This document shows positions 16,081 through 29,993 of a DNA stretch of 64,000 bases, in pieces. A program made the translations under genes and the position numbers. Position 1 is the stretch's first letter, and each line of letters starts with the position of its first letter. This stretch comes from Escherichia coli (GTDB taxonomy: Bacteria > Pseudomonadota > Gammaproteobacteria > Enterobacterales > Enterobacteriaceae), in NCBI RefSeq assembly GCF_003790525.1, contig NZ_CP033635.1; one strand, given 5' to 3'. Under the pieces are notes generated by a model. It made no database searches. It saw only the letters and a list, made by a program, of their open reading frames with translations, and had not been told where the DNA came from.

Positions 16081-16500
16081 TCAGAACGTCACGCCAGCAC
16101 AGAGAATGATATTCGCATACGGAGAACATTCTCCGCTGCGAATTACCGCCTGACTTTCTGCGGTTTGTTGTTTGAATTGTTCATGCGTGGTGTAACGAAT
16201 TTCAATGGTATTTCCCTGGTGTTTTTGCAGCTGCTCAAGGTGAGTGAGCAACGTTTCGTGGAGTTGCGGATTATGTTGTTTGATCTCTTCCGCGATAATG
16301 GCAGCTTCGACCTGCATTTCATTTGTGACGACGCCCAGCACCTGCATAAAAGAAGGTACCCCCTGGGTTAATGCCATATCGATACGCGTTGTACTTTTGG
16401 GGATGGGTAAACCAGCATCACACACCACCAGCGTATCGGTATGTCCCAGACGGGAGATCACCGATGAAATATCAGAATTAAGAACGGTGCCTTTTTTCAT
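16081..16500 (-). CDS. rbsD: D-ribose pyranase, 139 aa
   Basis: Translation [34 protein letters not shown]...; ORF track extends 4 codons further to 16512. Confidence 0.88.
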
Positions 16501-16514
16501 TTTTTTCTCCATCA

Positions 16515-16528
16515 GCGAAACGTTTCGC
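16515..16528. promoter_or_regulatory. Perfect palindrome GCGAAACGTTTCGC, LacI-family (RbsR-type) operator just upstream of rbsD
   Basis: 14-bp perfect inverted repeat within 30 bp of the rbsD start; a half-site-like TCGAAACGTTTT recurs at 16595-16607. Confidence 0.6.
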
Positions 16529-16666
16529 TGACCCGCAGTTTAATCCTGACTGAGTTGGGAAAACCATCGTGACGTTACGGAAATGTGATCAACCTCGAAA
16601 CGTTTTACATGGTGATTAACCATGAAAACAAAAACGCCCCCTTATGGAGAAAGGAGGCGTCTGGCG

Positions 16667-18535
16667 TTAGATTTCGACCTGAGTACCCAGTTCGATAACC
16701 CTGTTTGGCGGGATTTCAAATTGATCCGGCGCACGCAGCGCATTACGTTGCAGCAGCAAGTACAGCTTGCCGCGCAGACGCAAATACCACGGGCGTTTGC
16801 CGAGGATCAACGACTCATGCGACATAAAGAAGGAGGTTTCCATCATCCGGCAACTTAATCCTTCCAGACCGCAGCGGTGGAAAACTTCTTCCACGTTTGG
16901 CGTTTCTCGCCAACCATAACTTGCCACCACGCGCCAGAAAGTGGGCGACAGTTGTTCAATCTGTACCCGACGGACGTTATGGACATATGGCGCGTCTTCG
17001 GTGCGCAGAGTTAACAGAATCACCCGCTCATGCAATACCTTGTTATGTTTCAGGTTATGCATCAGCGCAAAGGGAATGACGTTGATTGCACGCGACATAT
17101 ACACCGCGGTCCCAGGCACGCGAACGGGCGGTGATTTCTCCAGCGAAGCAATCATTGCTTCCAGAGAGTTACCATGTTCATGCATCCGCCGCAGCAAGCG
17201 GAAACGCTCGCTCTTCCAGGTGGTCATCACGATAAACATCACCGTACCGAGGCTTAATGGCAACCAGCCGCCGGAGAGCAGTTTATCGAGGTTAGCGGTG
17301 AACAAGGGAATATCGACACAAAGGAAAGCAATCAGGATCAGCGCAACAAAATACTTATTCCAGTGCCAGTTCTGACGTGCCACGGTAGTCGAGAGAATAG
17401 ACGTCAGCACCATGGTTCCGGTCACCGCAATCCCGTACGCCGCCGCCAGGTTGCTGGAGTGCTCAAAGCTGACAATCACAATCACGACCGCGACATAGAG
17501 CATCCAGTTCACAAAGGGAATATAGATTTGCCCTGACTCCATTTCGGAGGTGTGAATAATGCGCATCGGCGACAAATATCCCAGACGTACCGCCTGACGC
17601 GTCAATGAGAAGACGCCAGAGATAACCGCCTGCGAGGCAATTACCGTCGCCAGTGCGGCGATGATCAGCAGCGGGATCAGCGCCCAGTCCGGTGCCAACA
17701 GGAAGAACGGGTTCTTAATCGCTTCCGGATTCTTTAACAACAGCGCTCCCTGGCCGAAGTAATTAAGGGTTAAGGAAGGCAATACGACGGTGAACCACGC
17801 CAGACGAATAGGGAACTTACCAAAGTGCCCCATATCAGCATACAGCGCCTCGACCCCCGTAATCGACAGCACCACTGCCCCTAATGCAATAAAAGAAACC
17901 GTTTTGTATTCAAGGAAGAAATGCACCGCCCACATCGGATTCAGTGCATGCAGCACTTCCGGGTTAGCAATAATGCTACGTAACCCCAGCCCTGCCAGAA
18001 TCAAAAACCAGGTCAGCATGATCGGTGCAAACAGCTTACCGACCATAGCCGTGCCATGTTTTTGAATCATAAATAATAAAGTGAGAACGATAATTGAGAG
18101 GGGAACTATCCAGGTATCCAGCTGCGGGGCGACGATTTCCAGACCTTCAATGGCTGACATCACCGAAATAGCGGGTGTTATGACGACTTCACCATAGAAA
18201 AAGCTGCCGCCGATTAGCCCCATAATCACCAGCATTGATGTGGTTCGCGCCGACGTATTACGCCCGGCAAGCGACATCAACGTCAGGATCCCCCCTTCAC
18301 CGGCGTTATCTGCCCGCATCACGAAGGTGAGATATTTAATGGAAACCACAAAGATTAGCAGCCAGAAGATCAGCGATAAAAAGCCAAACACGGCATCGCG
18401 TTCAACGCCAAAACCAAACTGGCCGGACAAACATTCACGAAGTGTATATAACGGGCTGGTACCAATATCGCCGTAGACAACTCCAATCGCCGCGAGGGTA
18501 ATCGCGGGCAATGATTGCTTATTATCAGTGCTCAT
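16667..18535 (-). CDS. kup: Potassium uptake protein Kup (KUP/HAK family), 622 aa
   Basis: Translation [34 protein letters not shown]... with many transmembrane segments. Confidence 0.9.
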
Positions 18536-18757
18536 AGACTAGTCTTTCGTTGAAATATGAAATGTGTGCTTAGTCCCTTGGCCCACAAAAAAGCGCACAG
18601 TATGCACGATTAACGGCAAAATCGTACTCCTAAATGCGGCCACATTAACCTGGCTCAAAGAAAAATACCCCCCCTTTGAGACTATTTTAGCCACCAGCAA
18701 GAAACGTCTATACTCGCAATTTACGCAGAACTTTTGACGAAAGGACGCCACTTCATT

Positions 18758-20254
18758 ATGGCTCACCCTCATTTATTAGCGGAAAGAATTTCCCGCCTGA
18801 GCAGTTCGTTGGAAAAGGGGCTTTATGAACGTAGCCACGCCATCCGCTTGTGTTTATTAGCGGCATTAAGTGGTGAAAGTGTGTTCCTCCTTGGCCCGCC
18901 AGGTATTGCCAAAAGTTTGATCGCCCGGCGCTTAAAATTCGCCTTTCAGAATGCCCGCGCGTTTGAATATCTGATGACTCGCTTCTCCACGCCGGAAGAG
19001 GTTTTTGGTCCCCTTTCTATTCAGGCGCTAAAAGATGAAGGGCGCTATGAACGTTTAACCAGCGGTTACCTGCCGGAAGCAGAAATCGTCTTTCTGGATG
19101 AGATCTGGAAAGCGGGTCCGGCAATTCTTAATACCCTGCTCACCGCCATTAACGAGCGCCAGTTCCGCAACGGTGCACACATAGAAAAAATCCCGATGCG
19201 CCTGCTGGTGGCGGCCTCCAACGAGCTGCCGGAAGCAGACAGCAGTCTGGAAGCGTTATATGACCGCATGCTGATTCGTCTGTGGTTAGATAAAGTGCAG
19301 GATAAAGCGAATTTCCGCTCCATGCTGACCAGTCAACAGGATGAAAACGACAATCCGGTTCCTACCTCCTTGCAGGTCACAGATGAAGAATATGAACGCT
19401 GGCAGAAAGAGATTGGTGAAATTACGCTGCCCGATCATGTATTTGAGCTGATTTTTATGCTGCGCCAGCAACTGGATAAATTACCGGATGCGCCTTATGT
19501 CTCGGATCGTCGCTGGAAAAAAGCGATTCGATTATTGCAGGCCAGCGCCTTTTTTAGCGGTCGCAGTGCTGTTGCCCCGGTTGATCTCATTTTGCTGAAA
19601 GATTGCCTGTGGTATGACGCGCAAAGCCTGAATTTGATACAACAACAAATCGATGTATTGATGACCGGTCATGCCTGGCAACAGCAAGGGATGTTGACCC
19701 GCCTGGGCGCGATTGTGCAACGTCACCTGCAACTACAGCAGCAACAAAGCGATAAAACAGCCTTAACGGTAATTCGTCTGGGCGGCATTTTCAGCCGTCG
19801 TCAGCAGTATCAACTCCCTGTTAACGTTACTGCTTCCACTCTGACTCTGCTGCTGCAAAAACCGTTAAAACTGCATGATATGGAAGTGGTTCATATCACC
19901 TTTGAGCGTAGCGCGCTGGAACAGTGGCTGAGCAAAGGTGGTGAAATTCGCGGCAAACTAAACGGTATCGGCTTTGCCCAGAAACTGAATCTGGAAGTTG
20001 ATAGCACCCAACATCTTGTTGTACGCGATGTAAGTTTACAAGGCAGTACGCTGGCACTTCCCGGTTCATCGGCTGAAGGTCTGCCAGGTGAAATAAAACA
20101 ACAACTGGAAGAGCTTGAAAGCGACTGGCGCAAGCAACACGCTTTATTCAGCGAACAGCAAAAATGTCTGTTTATCCCTGGCGACTGGTTAGGTCGCATT
20201 GAAGCCAGCCTACAGGATGTCGGTGCACAGATTCGCCAGGCGCAACAATGCTAA
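18758..20254 (+). CDS. ravA: AAA+ MoxR-family ATPase RavA, 498 aa from the internal Met
   Basis: Walker [11 protein letters not shown]; translation from [14 protein letters not shown]...; ORF track starts 8 codons upstream at 18734. Confidence 0.9.
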   Translation: MAHPHLLAERISRLSSSLEKGLYERSHAIRLCLLAALSGESVFLLGPPGIAKSLIARRLKFAFQNARAFEYLMTRFSTPEEVFGPLSIQALKDEGRYERLTSGYLPEAEIVFLDEIWKAGPAILNTLLTAINERQFRNGAHIEKIPMRLLVAASNELPEADSSLEALYDRMLIRLWLDKVQDKANFRSMLTSQQDENDNPVPTSLQVTDEEYERWQKEIGEITLPDHVFELIFMLRQQLDKLPDAPYVSDRRWKKAIRLLQASAFFSGRSAVAPVDLILLKDCLWYDAQSLNLIQQQIDVLMTGHAWQQQGMLTRLGAIVQRHLQLQQQQSDKTALTVIRLGGIFSRRQQYQLPVNVTASTLTLLLQKPLKLHDMEVVHITFERSALEQWLSKGGEIRGKLNGIGFAQKLNLEVDSTQHLVVRDVSLQGSTLALPGSSAEGLPGEIKQQLEELESDWRKQHALFSEQQKCLFIPGDWLGRIEASLQDVGAQIRQAQQC

Positions 20255-21699
20255 CGCTGGATACGCTTAATGTGATGCTGGCCGTCAGCGAAGAGGGATT
20301 GATCGAAGAGATGATCATCGCGCTGCTGGCCTCACCGCAGCTGGCGGTCTTCTTTGAAAAATTCCCACGACTGAAGGCGGCTATCACTGATGATGTTCCC
20401 CGCTGGCGTGAGGCGCTGCGCAGTCGGCTGAAAGATGCCCGAGTCCCGCCGGAACTCACCGAAGAGGTGATGTGCTATCAGCAAAGCCAGCTCCTCTCCA
20501 CGCCGCAGTTTATTGTGCAGCTACCACAGATCCTGGACTTACTGCATCGTCTGAATTCCCCATGGGCAGAACAAGCCCGACAGTTGGTTGATGCTAACAG
20601 CACGATCACTTCAGCGTTACACACGCTTTTTCTCCAGCGTTGGCGTTTAAGTCTGATCGTGCAAGCAACGACGTTAAATCAACAGCTATTAGAAGAAGAA
20701 CGCGAACAACTGTTGAGTGAAGTTCAGGAACGCATGACGCAGAGCGGACAACTTGAACCGATTCTCGCAGATAACAATACCGCAGCTGGTCGTCTGTGGG
20801 ATATGAGCGCCGGTCAGCTTAAACGTGGCGACTATCAGTTGATTGTGAAATACGGTGAATTTCTGAACGAACAGCCGGAACTGAAACGCCTGGCAGAACA
20901 GTTGGGGCGTTCCCGGGAAGCCAAATCAATACCGCGCAACGATGCGCAGATGGAAACCTTCCGCACCCTGGTGCGCGAACCGGCGACGGTTCCTGAGCAG
21001 GTTGATGGTCTGCAACAAAGCGATGATATTTTACGTCTCCTGCCGCCAGAACTGGCGACACTAGGGATAACAGAACTGGAGTATGAGTTTTACCGTCGGC
21101 TGGTGGAAAAACAGTTGCTCACCTATCGCCTGCACGGTGAGTCGTGGCGTGAAAAAGTGATCGAACGCCCGGTGGTGCATAAAGATTACGACGAACAGCC
21201 GCGCGGACCGTTTATTGTCTGTGTGGATACTTCCGGCTCAATGGGCGGCTTTAATGAACAGTGTGCGAAAGCGTTCTGCCTGGCCTTGATGCGCATTGCT
21301 CTCGCTGAAAACCGGCGCTGCTATATTATGCTATTTTCCACCGAGATCGTCCGTTATGAGCTTTCAGGCCCACAAGGCATCGAACAGGCAATCCGTTTTT
21401 TAAGCCAGCGTTTTCGTGGTGGTACTGATCTTGCCAGTTGTTTTCGCGCCATTATGGAACGATTGCAAAGCCGGGAATGGTTTGACGCCGATGCGGTGGT
21501 GATTTCTGATTTTATCGCCCAGCGGTTGCCTGACGACGTGACGAGTAAAGTGAAAGAGTTGCAGCGGGTACATCAGCATCGCTTTCATGCCGTGGCGATG
21601 TCGGCACATGGCAAACCCGGCATCATGCGCATTTTCGATCATATCTGGCGCTTTGATACCGGGATGCGAAGCCGCCTGCTCAGACGCTGGCGACGATAA
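20248..21699 (+). CDS. viaA: VWA-domain protein ViaA, RavA partner, 483 aa
   Basis: Overlaps ravA by 7 bp; C-terminal von Willebrand A-like region (VCVDTSGSM). Confidence 0.88.
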   Translation: MLTLDTLNVMLAVSEEGLIEEMIIALLASPQLAVFFEKFPRLKAAITDDVPRWREALRSRLKDARVPPELTEEVMCYQQSQLLSTPQFIVQLPQILDLLHRLNSPWAEQARQLVDANSTITSALHTLFLQRWRLSLIVQATTLNQQLLEEEREQLLSEVQERMTQSGQLEPILADNNTAAGRLWDMSAGQLKRGDYQLIVKYGEFLNEQPELKRLAEQLGRSREAKSIPRNDAQMETFRTLVREPATVPEQVDGLQQSDDILRLLPPELATLGITELEYEFYRRLVEKQLLTYRLHGESWREKVIERPVVHKDYDEQPRGPFIVCVDTSGSMGGFNEQCAKAFCLALMRIALAENRRCYIMLFSTEIVRYELSGPQGIEQAIRFLSQRFRGGTDLASCFRAIMERLQSREWFDADAVVISDFIAQRLPDDVTSKVKELQRVHQHRFHAVAMSAHGKPGIMRIFDHIWRFDTGMRSRLLRRWRR

Positions 21700-21703
21700 A
21701 CGA

Positions 21704-22696
21704 TTACAGCAGAGAAGGGACGCTCTCACGAACTGCCGCTGACCATACTCCACACTGAACCTGGCCGATATGCGGCAGTTGCAGCAGCAGCATGGTCAAA
21801 CGAGACTGGCCGATACCACCGCCGATGGTCTGCGGCATTTCACCGCGCAGCAGCGCCTGATGCCACTCCAGTTGCAGGCGATCTTCGTCACCGGTCAGCG
21901 CCAGCTGATGCTTCAGCGTGTCGGCATCAACGCGGATCCCCATGGAAGAAAGCTCAAACGCATCTTCCAGTACCGGGTTCCACACCAGAATATCGCCGTT
22001 CAGCCCCGCATAGCCCAGCTCTGACGGGGTGCTCCAGTCATCATAATCCGGTGCGCGCACGTCGTGACGATGGCCATCACTCAACTTGCCGCCAATCCCG
22101 ACGAGAAATACCGCGCCAAGATCTTTCGCAATCGCCCGCTCACGCCCTTTGGCATCAAGATTCGGATAACGAGACAGTAACTCCTGGCTGTGTACGAAGT
22201 GGATCTGATCCGGCAGGAACGGTGCCAGGCCAAACTCTTCGCTAACCGCAGCTTCGGTTGCTTTAATTCCCGCCCAGATCGCCTCTACCGTGCTTTTCAG
22301 AGTCGAGAATTGACGCTCGCCGTCGGCCATTACGCGTTCCCAGTCCCACTGGTCAACATAGACCGAGTGCAACGGAGAAAGACGGTCTTCATCGGGGCGA
22401 AGGGCTTTCATGTGCGTGTAAAGCCCTTCGCCCGCACTGAAGTCGTGTTGCCCTAATGTCTGACGTTTCCACTTCGCCAGTGAATGAACCACTTCGAACT
22501 GGGCATCAGGCAGAGCTTTCACTTTTACCTGCACCGCTTTTTCACAGCCCGACAAGTTATCCTGCGTGCCATCCCCCACACGGCTAAGAATCGGCGCCTG
22601 GACTTCAATCAGCCCTAAGCGTTCTTCCAGTTGACGGGAAAAGTGAGATTTCACGAAGCTAATTTGACGTTGTTTGGCAATGTAAGCGGTTTTCAT
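21704..22696 (-). CDS. asnA: Aspartate-ammonia ligase (asparagine synthetase A), 330 aa
   Basis: Translation [50 protein letters not shown]... Confidence 0.9.
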   Translation of the reverse strand: MKTAYIAKQRQISFVKSHFSRQLEERLGLIEVQAPILSRVGDGTQDNLSGCEKAVQVKVKALPDAQFEVVHSLAKWKRQTLGQHDFSAGEGLYTHMKALRPDEDRLSPLHSVYVDQWDWERVMADGERQFSTLKSTVEAIWAGIKATEAAVSEEFGLAPFLPDQIHFVHSQELLSRYPNLDAKGRERAIAKDLGAVFLVGIGGKLSDGHRHDVRAPDYDDWSTPSELGYAGLNGDILVWNPVLEDAFELSSMGIRVDADTLKHQLALTGDEDRLQLEWHQALLRGEMPQTIGGGIGQSRLTMLLLQLPHIGQVQCGVWSAAVRESVPSLL

Positions 22697-22847
22697 TTTT
22701 TATACTCCTGCGTCCTGTTGATTAAGATTAAGCAACAAAAATTGGCCCTCATGCAATATTCATTCAATAAAAAGCCATAGTGACTTTTGATTCATTAAAA
22801 AATAAGGCTAAAATAGAGTGAATCATTAATTCTCATAAGAAAAACCT

Positions 22848-23306
22848 ATGGAAAATTATCTGATCGACAATCTGGACCGCGGCATCCTGGAAGCATTAAT
22901 GGAAAATGCACGCACTGCTTACGCCGAACTGGCGAAACAATTTGGTGTAAGCCCGGGGACGATTCACGTTCGTGTAGAGAAAATGAAGCAGGCGGGAATC
23001 ATTACAGGGGCGCGTATTGACGTCAGCCCGAAACAGCTCGGTTATGACGTAGGCTGCTTTATCGGCATTATATTGAAGAGTGCCAAAGACTATCCTTCCG
23101 CGCTGGCAAAGCTGGAAAGCCTTGATGAAGTCACCGAGGCCTACTACACCACCGGCCACTACAGCATCTTTATCAAAGTGATGTGCCGTTCGATCGACGC
23201 CCTCCAGCATGTACTTATCAACAAGATCCAAACAATTGATGAAATTCAGTCCACCGAGACACTGATCGTCCTGCAAAACCCGATCATGCGTACCATCAAG
23301 CCATGA
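22848..23306 (+). CDS. asnC: Lrp/AsnC-family regulator AsnC, 152 aa
   Basis: Divergent from asnA; AsnC-type HTH plus RAM domain. Confidence 0.9.
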   Translation: MENYLIDNLDRGILEALMENARTAYAELAKQFGVSPGTIHVRVEKMKQAGIITGARIDVSPKQLGYDVGCFIGIILKSAKDYPSALAKLESLDEVTEAYYTTGHYSIFIKVMCRSIDALQHVLINKIQTIDEIQSTETLIVLQNPIMRTIKP

Positions 23307-23395
23307 TCGGCTTTTTTAATCCCATACTTTTCCACAGGTAGATCCCAGCGCGTTCACAGCGTACAATACGCCACTCTTAATAAAGGTGGCGGTTT

Positions 23396-23839
23396 ATGGC
23401 AGATATCACTCTTATCAGCGGCAGCACCCTCGGCGGTGCCGAATATGTAGCAGAACACCTGGCTGAAAAGCTGGAAGAGGCGGGTTTTACCACCGAAACG
23501 CTGCACGGTCCGCTGTTGGAAGAATTATCTGCCTCGGGGATCTGGCTGGTTATCAGTTCCACCCACGGTGCCGGAGATATTCCGGACAACCTTTCTCCTT
23601 TCTATGAAGCATTACAGGAACAAAAGCCCGATCTTTCTGCGGTACGCTTTGGCGCAATCGGTATTGGCAGTCGTGAATACGACACCTTTTGTGGGGCTAT
23701 CGATAAACTCGAGGCAGAACTCAAAAATTCCGGTGCAAAACAGACAGGCGAAACACTGAAGATCAACATCCTTGATCACGACATTCCTGAAGATCCGGCA
23801 GAAGAATGGCTGGGATCGTGGATTAATTTACTCAAATAA
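23396..23839 (+). CDS. mioC: Flavodoxin-like FMN protein MioC, 147 aa
   Basis: Translation MADITLISGSTLGGAEYVAEHLAEKLEEAGF...; lies immediately beside oriC. Confidence 0.9.
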   Translation: MADITLISGSTLGGAEYVAEHLAEKLEEAGFTTETLHGPLLEELSASGIWLVISSTHGAGDIPDNLSPFYEALQEQKPDLSAVRFGAIGIGSREYDTFCGAIDKLEAELKNSGAKQTGETLKINILDHDIPEDPAEEWLGSWINLLK

Positions 23840-23845
23840 GTATAC

Positions 23846-24130
23846 AGATCGTGCGATCCACTGTGGATAACTCTGTCAGGAAGCTTGGATCAACCGGTAG
23901 TTATCCAAAGAACAACGGTTGTTCAGTTTTTGAGTTGTGTATAACCCCTCATTCTGATCCCAGCTTATACGGTCCAGGATCACCGATCATTCACAGTTAA
24001 TGATCCTTTCCAGGTTGTTGATCTTAAAAGCCGGATCCTTGTTATCCACAGGGCAGTGCGATCCTAATAAGAGATCACAATAGAACAGATCTCTAAATAA
24101 ATAGATCTTCTTTTTAATACCCAGGATCCC
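23846..24130. other. oriC: Chromosomal replication origin oriC
   Basis: DnaA boxes TGTGGATAA (23862-23870), TTATCCAAA (23901-23909), TGTGTATAA (23936-23944), TTATCCACA (24042-24050); three AT-rich 13-mers each ending GATC (24064-24076, 24080-24092, 24095-24107); 14 GATC sites by my count; sits between mioC and mnmG. Confidence 0.92.
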
Positions 24131-24217
24131 AGGTCTTTCTCAAGCCGACAAAGTTGAGTAGAATCCACGGCCCGGGCTTCAATCCATTTTCATACCGCGT
24201 TATGCGAGGCAATCACC

Positions 24218-26107
24218 ATGTTTTATCCGGATCCTTTTGACGTCATCATCATTGGCGGGGGTCATGCAGGCACCGAGGCCGCGATGGCCGCGGCGCGTAT
24301 GGGTCAACAGACTCTGCTTTTGACACACAATATCGACACTCTGGGGCAGATGAGCTGCAACCCGGCGATCGGCGGTATTGGGAAGGGACATCTGGTAAAA
24401 GAAGTGGATGCACTCGGCGGTCTGATGGCGAAAGCGATCGATCTGGCGGGTATCCAGTTTAGGATACTAAACGCAAGTAAGGGACCGGCAGTTCGCGCTA
24501 CCCGAGCTCAGGCGGATCGTGTGCTCTACCGGCAGGCGGTACGTACGGCGCTGGAGAACCAACCGAACCTGATGATCTTCCAGCAGGCAGTTGAAGATCT
24601 TATTGTCGAAAACGATCGCGTGGTCGGAGCCGTTACCCAAATGGGACTGAAGTTCCGTGCCAAAGCTGTCGTGCTCACCGTTGGGACGTTCCTCGACGGT
24701 AAAATTCATATCGGTCTGGATAACTACAGCGGTGGCCGTGCTGGTGATCCGCCGTCCATTCCGCTTTCTCGCCGTTTGCGTGAACTGCCGCTGCGCGTTG
24801 GTCGTCTGAAAACCGGGACACCACCGCGTATTGATGCTCGAACCATCGACTTTAGCGTACTGGCGCAACAGCATGGCGATAACCCAATGCCGGTATTCTC
24901 GTTTATGGGCAATGCGTCCCAGCATCCCCAGCAGGTGCCGTGTTATATCACTCATACCAACGAGAAAACCCATGATGTGATCCGCAGTAACCTCGATCGT
25001 AGCCCAATGTACGCAGGGGTGATCGAAGGTGTCGGCCCACGCTACTGCCCGTCGATCGAAGACAAAGTCATGCGCTTCGCCGACAGAAATCAGCATCAGA
25101 TCTTCCTTGAACCGGAAGGGCTGACCTCTAACGAAATTTATCCGAACGGTATCTCCACCAGCCTGCCGTTCGATGTGCAGATGCAAATCGTCCGCTCCAT
25201 GCAGGGGATGGAAAACGCGAAGATCGTGCGTCCGGGTTATGCCATTGAGTATGACTTCTTCGATCCACGCGACCTGAAACCGACGCTGGAGAGCAAGTTT
25301 ATCCAGGGGCTGTTCTTTGCTGGTCAGATTAACGGCACTACCGGTTACGAAGAAGCCGCTGCGCAAGGTTTGCTGGCTGGTCTTAACGCTGCCCGTCTGT
25401 CTGCAGACAAAGAAGGTTGGGCTCCGGCGCGTTCTCAGGCGTATCTCGGCGTACTGGTTGATGACCTGTGCACTTTAGGAACCAAAGAACCGTATCGTAT
25501 GTTTACCTCGCGCGCAGAATATCGTCTGATGCTGCGCGAAGATAATGCGGATCTGCGTTTGACTGAAATCGGTCGTGAACTGGGCCTGGTGGATGACGAA
25601 CGTTGGGCGCGCTTTAACGAGAAACTTGAGAATATCGAGCGTGAGCGTCAGCGTCTGAAATCGACCTGGGTAACCCCGTCGGCGGAAGCTGCAGCCGAAG
25701 TGAATGCTCACCTGACTGCGCCACTTTCCCGTGAAGCCAGTGGTGAAGATCTGCTGCGTCGTCCGGAAATGACTTATGAAAAATTAACCACGCTGACGCC
25801 GTTTGCCCCTGCGTTGACAGACGAACAGGCGGCGGAACAGGTTGAGATTCAGGTTAAATACGAAGGTTATATCGCGCGCCAGCAAGATGAGATCGAAAAG
25901 CAGCTGCGTAACGAGAACACCCTGCTACCAGCGACGCTGGATTACCGCCAGGTATCCGGTCTTTCTAACGAAGTGATCGCCAAACTTAACGATCACAAAC
26001 CGGCCTCTATCGGTCAGGCTTCGCGTATTTCTGGCGTCACGCCTGCGGCCATCTCCATTCTGCTGGTGTGGCTGAAAAAACAGGGTATGCTGCGTCGTAG
26101 CGCATAA
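24218..26107 (+). CDS. mnmG: tRNA uridine 5-carboxymethylaminomethyl modification enzyme MnmG (GidA), 629 aa
   Basis: N-terminal FAD-binding GxGxxG ([20 protein letters not shown]); full-length GidA-like translation. Confidence 0.92.
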   Translation: MFYPDPFDVIIIGGGHAGTEAAMAAARMGQQTLLLTHNIDTLGQMSCNPAIGGIGKGHLVKEVDALGGLMAKAIDLAGIQFRILNASKGPAVRATRAQADRVLYRQAVRTALENQPNLMIFQQAVEDLIVENDRVVGAVTQMGLKFRAKAVVLTVGTFLDGKIHIGLDNYSGGRAGDPPSIPLSRRLRELPLRVGRLKTGTPPRIDARTIDFSVLAQQHGDNPMPVFSFMGNASQHPQQVPCYITHTNEKTHDVIRSNLDRSPMYAGVIEGVGPRYCPSIEDKVMRFADRNQHQIFLEPEGLTSNEIYPNGISTSLPFDVQMQIVRSMQGMENAKIVRPGYAIEYDFFDPRDLKPTLESKFIQGLFFAGQINGTTGYEEAAAQGLLAGLNAARLSADKEGWAPARSQAYLGVLVDDLCTLGTKEPYRMFTSRAEYRLMLREDNADLRLTEIGRELGLVDDERWARFNEKLENIERERQRLKSTWVTPSAEAAAEVNAHLTAPLSREASGEDLLRRPEMTYEKLTTLTPFAPALTDEQAAEQVEIQVKYEGYIARQQDEIEKQLRNENTLLPATLDYRQVSGLSNEVIAKLNDHKPASIGQASRISGVTPAAISILLVWLKKQGMLRRSA

Positions 26108-26170
26108 CGCATTAAAAATGCCTGGTAAGCACCCGCTTACCAGGCAACGCATCAAGAACAGGTAATCACC

Positions 26171-26794
26171 GTGCTCAACAAACTCTCCTTACTGCTGAAA
26201 GACGCAGGTATTTCGCTTACCGATCACCAGAAAAACCAGCTTATTGCCTACGTGAATATGCTGCATAAATGGAATAAAGCGTACAACCTGACTTCGGTTC
26301 GCGATCCTAATGAGATGCTGGTACGCCATATTCTCGATAGCATTGTGGTAGCTCCGTATCTGCAAGGTGAACGGTTTATCGATGTCGGCACCGGACCAGG
26401 ACTGCCTGGCATTCCACTCTCTATCGTGCGTCCTGAAGCCCACTTCACGTTGTTGGATAGCCTTGGTAAACGCGTGCGTTTCCTTCGTCAGGTGCAACAT
26501 GAGCTTAAACTGGAGAATATTGAGCCAGTACAGAGCAGGGTAGAAGAGTTTCCTTCTGAGCCGCCATTTGATGGCGTAATTAGCCGCGCTTTTGCCTCTC
26601 TGAACGATATGGTGAGCTGGTGCCACCATCTTCCTGGTGAGCAAGGTCGTTTCTACGCGCTGAAAGGCCAAATGCCGGAAGATGAAATCGCTTTGTTGCC
26701 CGAAGAATATCAGGTCGAATCAGTGGTTAAACTTCACGTTCCGGCCCTGGATGGCGAACGTCATCTGGTGATGATTAAAGCAAATAAAATTTAA
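26171..26794 (+). CDS. rsmG: 16S rRNA m7G527 methyltransferase RsmG (GidB), 207 aa
   Basis: SAM-methyltransferase motif ([13 protein letters not shown]); follows mnmG. Confidence 0.9.
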   Translation: MLNKLSLLLKDAGISLTDHQKNQLIAYVNMLHKWNKAYNLTSVRDPNEMLVRHILDSIVVAPYLQGERFIDVGTGPGLPGIPLSIVRPEAHFTLLDSLGKRVRFLRQVQHELKLENIEPVQSRVEEFPSEPPFDGVISRAFASLNDMVSWCHHLPGEQGRFYALKGQMPEDEIALLPEEYQVESVVKLHVPALDGERHLVMIKANKI

Positions 26795-27398
26795 TTTTTA
26801 TCAAAAAAATCATAAAAAATTGACCGGTTAGACTGTTAACAACAACCCGGTTTTCTACTGATATAACTGGTTACATTTAACGCCACGTTCACTCTTTTGC
26901 ATCAACAAAGTAACGTGGCTTTTTTTGGTAAGCAGAAAATAAGTCATAAGTGAAAATATCAGTCTGCTAAAAATCGGCGCTAAGAATCATCATTGGCTGT
27001 TAAAACATTATTAAAAATGTCAATGGGTGGTTTTTGTTGTGTAAATGTCATTTATTAAAACAGTATCTGTTTTTAGACTGAAATATCATAAACTTGCAAA
27101 GGCATCATTTGCCAAGTAAATAAATATGCTGTGCGCGAACATGCTCAATATGTGATCTGAAGCACGCTTTATCACCAGTGTTTACGCGTTATTTACAGTT
27201 TTTCATGATCGAACAGGGTTTGCAGAAAAGTCGCAATTGTATGCACTGGAAAAATATTTAAACATTTATTCACCTTTTGGCTACTTATTGTTTGAAATCA
27301 CGGGGGCGCACCGTATAATTTGACCGCTTTTTGATGCTTGACTCTAAGCCTTAAAGAAAGTTTTATACGACACGCGGCATACCTCGAAGGGAGCAGGA

Positions 27399-28615
<1,217 letters not shown>

Positions 28616-28643
28616 TTTACCAACACTACTACGTTTTAACTGA

Positions 28644-28918
<275 letters not shown>

Positions 28919-28962
28919 TAAAGAGCAATATCAGAACGTTAACTAAATAGAGGCATTGTGCT

Positions 28963-29433
28963 GTGAATCTTAACGCAACAATCCTCGGCCAGGCCATCGC
29001 GTTTGTCCTGTTCGTTCTGTTCTGCATGAAGTACGTATGGCCGCCATTAATGGCAGCCATCGAAAAACGTCAAAAAGAAATTGCTGACGGCCTTGCTTCC
29101 GCAGAACGAGCACATAAGGACCTTGACCTTGCAAAGGCCAGCGCGACCGACCAGCTGAAAAAAGCGAAAGCGGAAGCCCAGGTAATCATCGAGCAGGCGA
29201 ACAAACGCCGCTCGCAGATTCTGGACGAAGCTAAAGCTGAAGCAGAGCAGGAACGTACTAAAATCGTGGCCCAGGCGCAGGCGGAAATTGAAGCCGAGCG
29301 TAAACGTGCCCGTGAAGAGCTGCGTAAGCAAGTTGCTATCCTGGCTGTTGCTGGCGCCGAGAAGATCATCGAACGTTCCGTGGATGAAGCTGCTAACAGC
29401 GACATCGTGGATAAACTTGTCGCTGAACTGTAA
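28963..29433 (+). CDS. atpF: F0F1 ATP synthase subunit b, 156 aa
   Basis: N-terminal TM helix then long charged helix; operon position. Confidence 0.93.
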
Positions 29434-29447
29434 GGAGGGAGGGGCTG

Positions 29448-29981
29448 ATGTCTGAATTTATTACGGTAGCTCGCCCCTACGCCAAAGCAGCTTTTGACTT
29501 TGCCGTCGAACACCAAAGTGTAGAACGCTGGCAGGACATGCTGGCGTTTGCCGCCGAGGTAACCAAAAACGAACAAATGGCAGAGCTTCTCTCTGGCGCG
29601 CTTGCGCCAGAAACGCTCGCCGAGTCGTTTATCGCAGTTTGTGGTGAGCAACTGGACGAAAACGGTCAGAACCTGATTCGGGTAATGGCTGAAAATGGTC
29701 GTCTTAACGCGCTCCCGGATGTTCTGGAGCAGTTTATTCACCTGCGTGCCGTGAGTGAGGCTACCGCTGAGGTAGACGTCATTTCCGCTGCCGCGTTGAG
29801 TGAACAACAGCTCGCGAAAATTTCTGCTGCGATGGAAAAACGTCTGTCACGCAAAGTTAAGCTGAATTGCAAAATCGATAAGTCTGTAATGGCAGGCGTT
29901 ATCATCCGAGCGGGTGATATGGTCATTGATGGCAGCGTACGCGGTCGTCTTGAGCGCCTTGCAGACGTCTTGCAGTCTTAA
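29448..29981 (+). CDS. atpH: F0F1 ATP synthase subunit delta, 177 aa
   Basis: Operon position and OSCP-like translation. Confidence 0.93.
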
Positions 29982-29993
29982 GGGGACTGGAGC

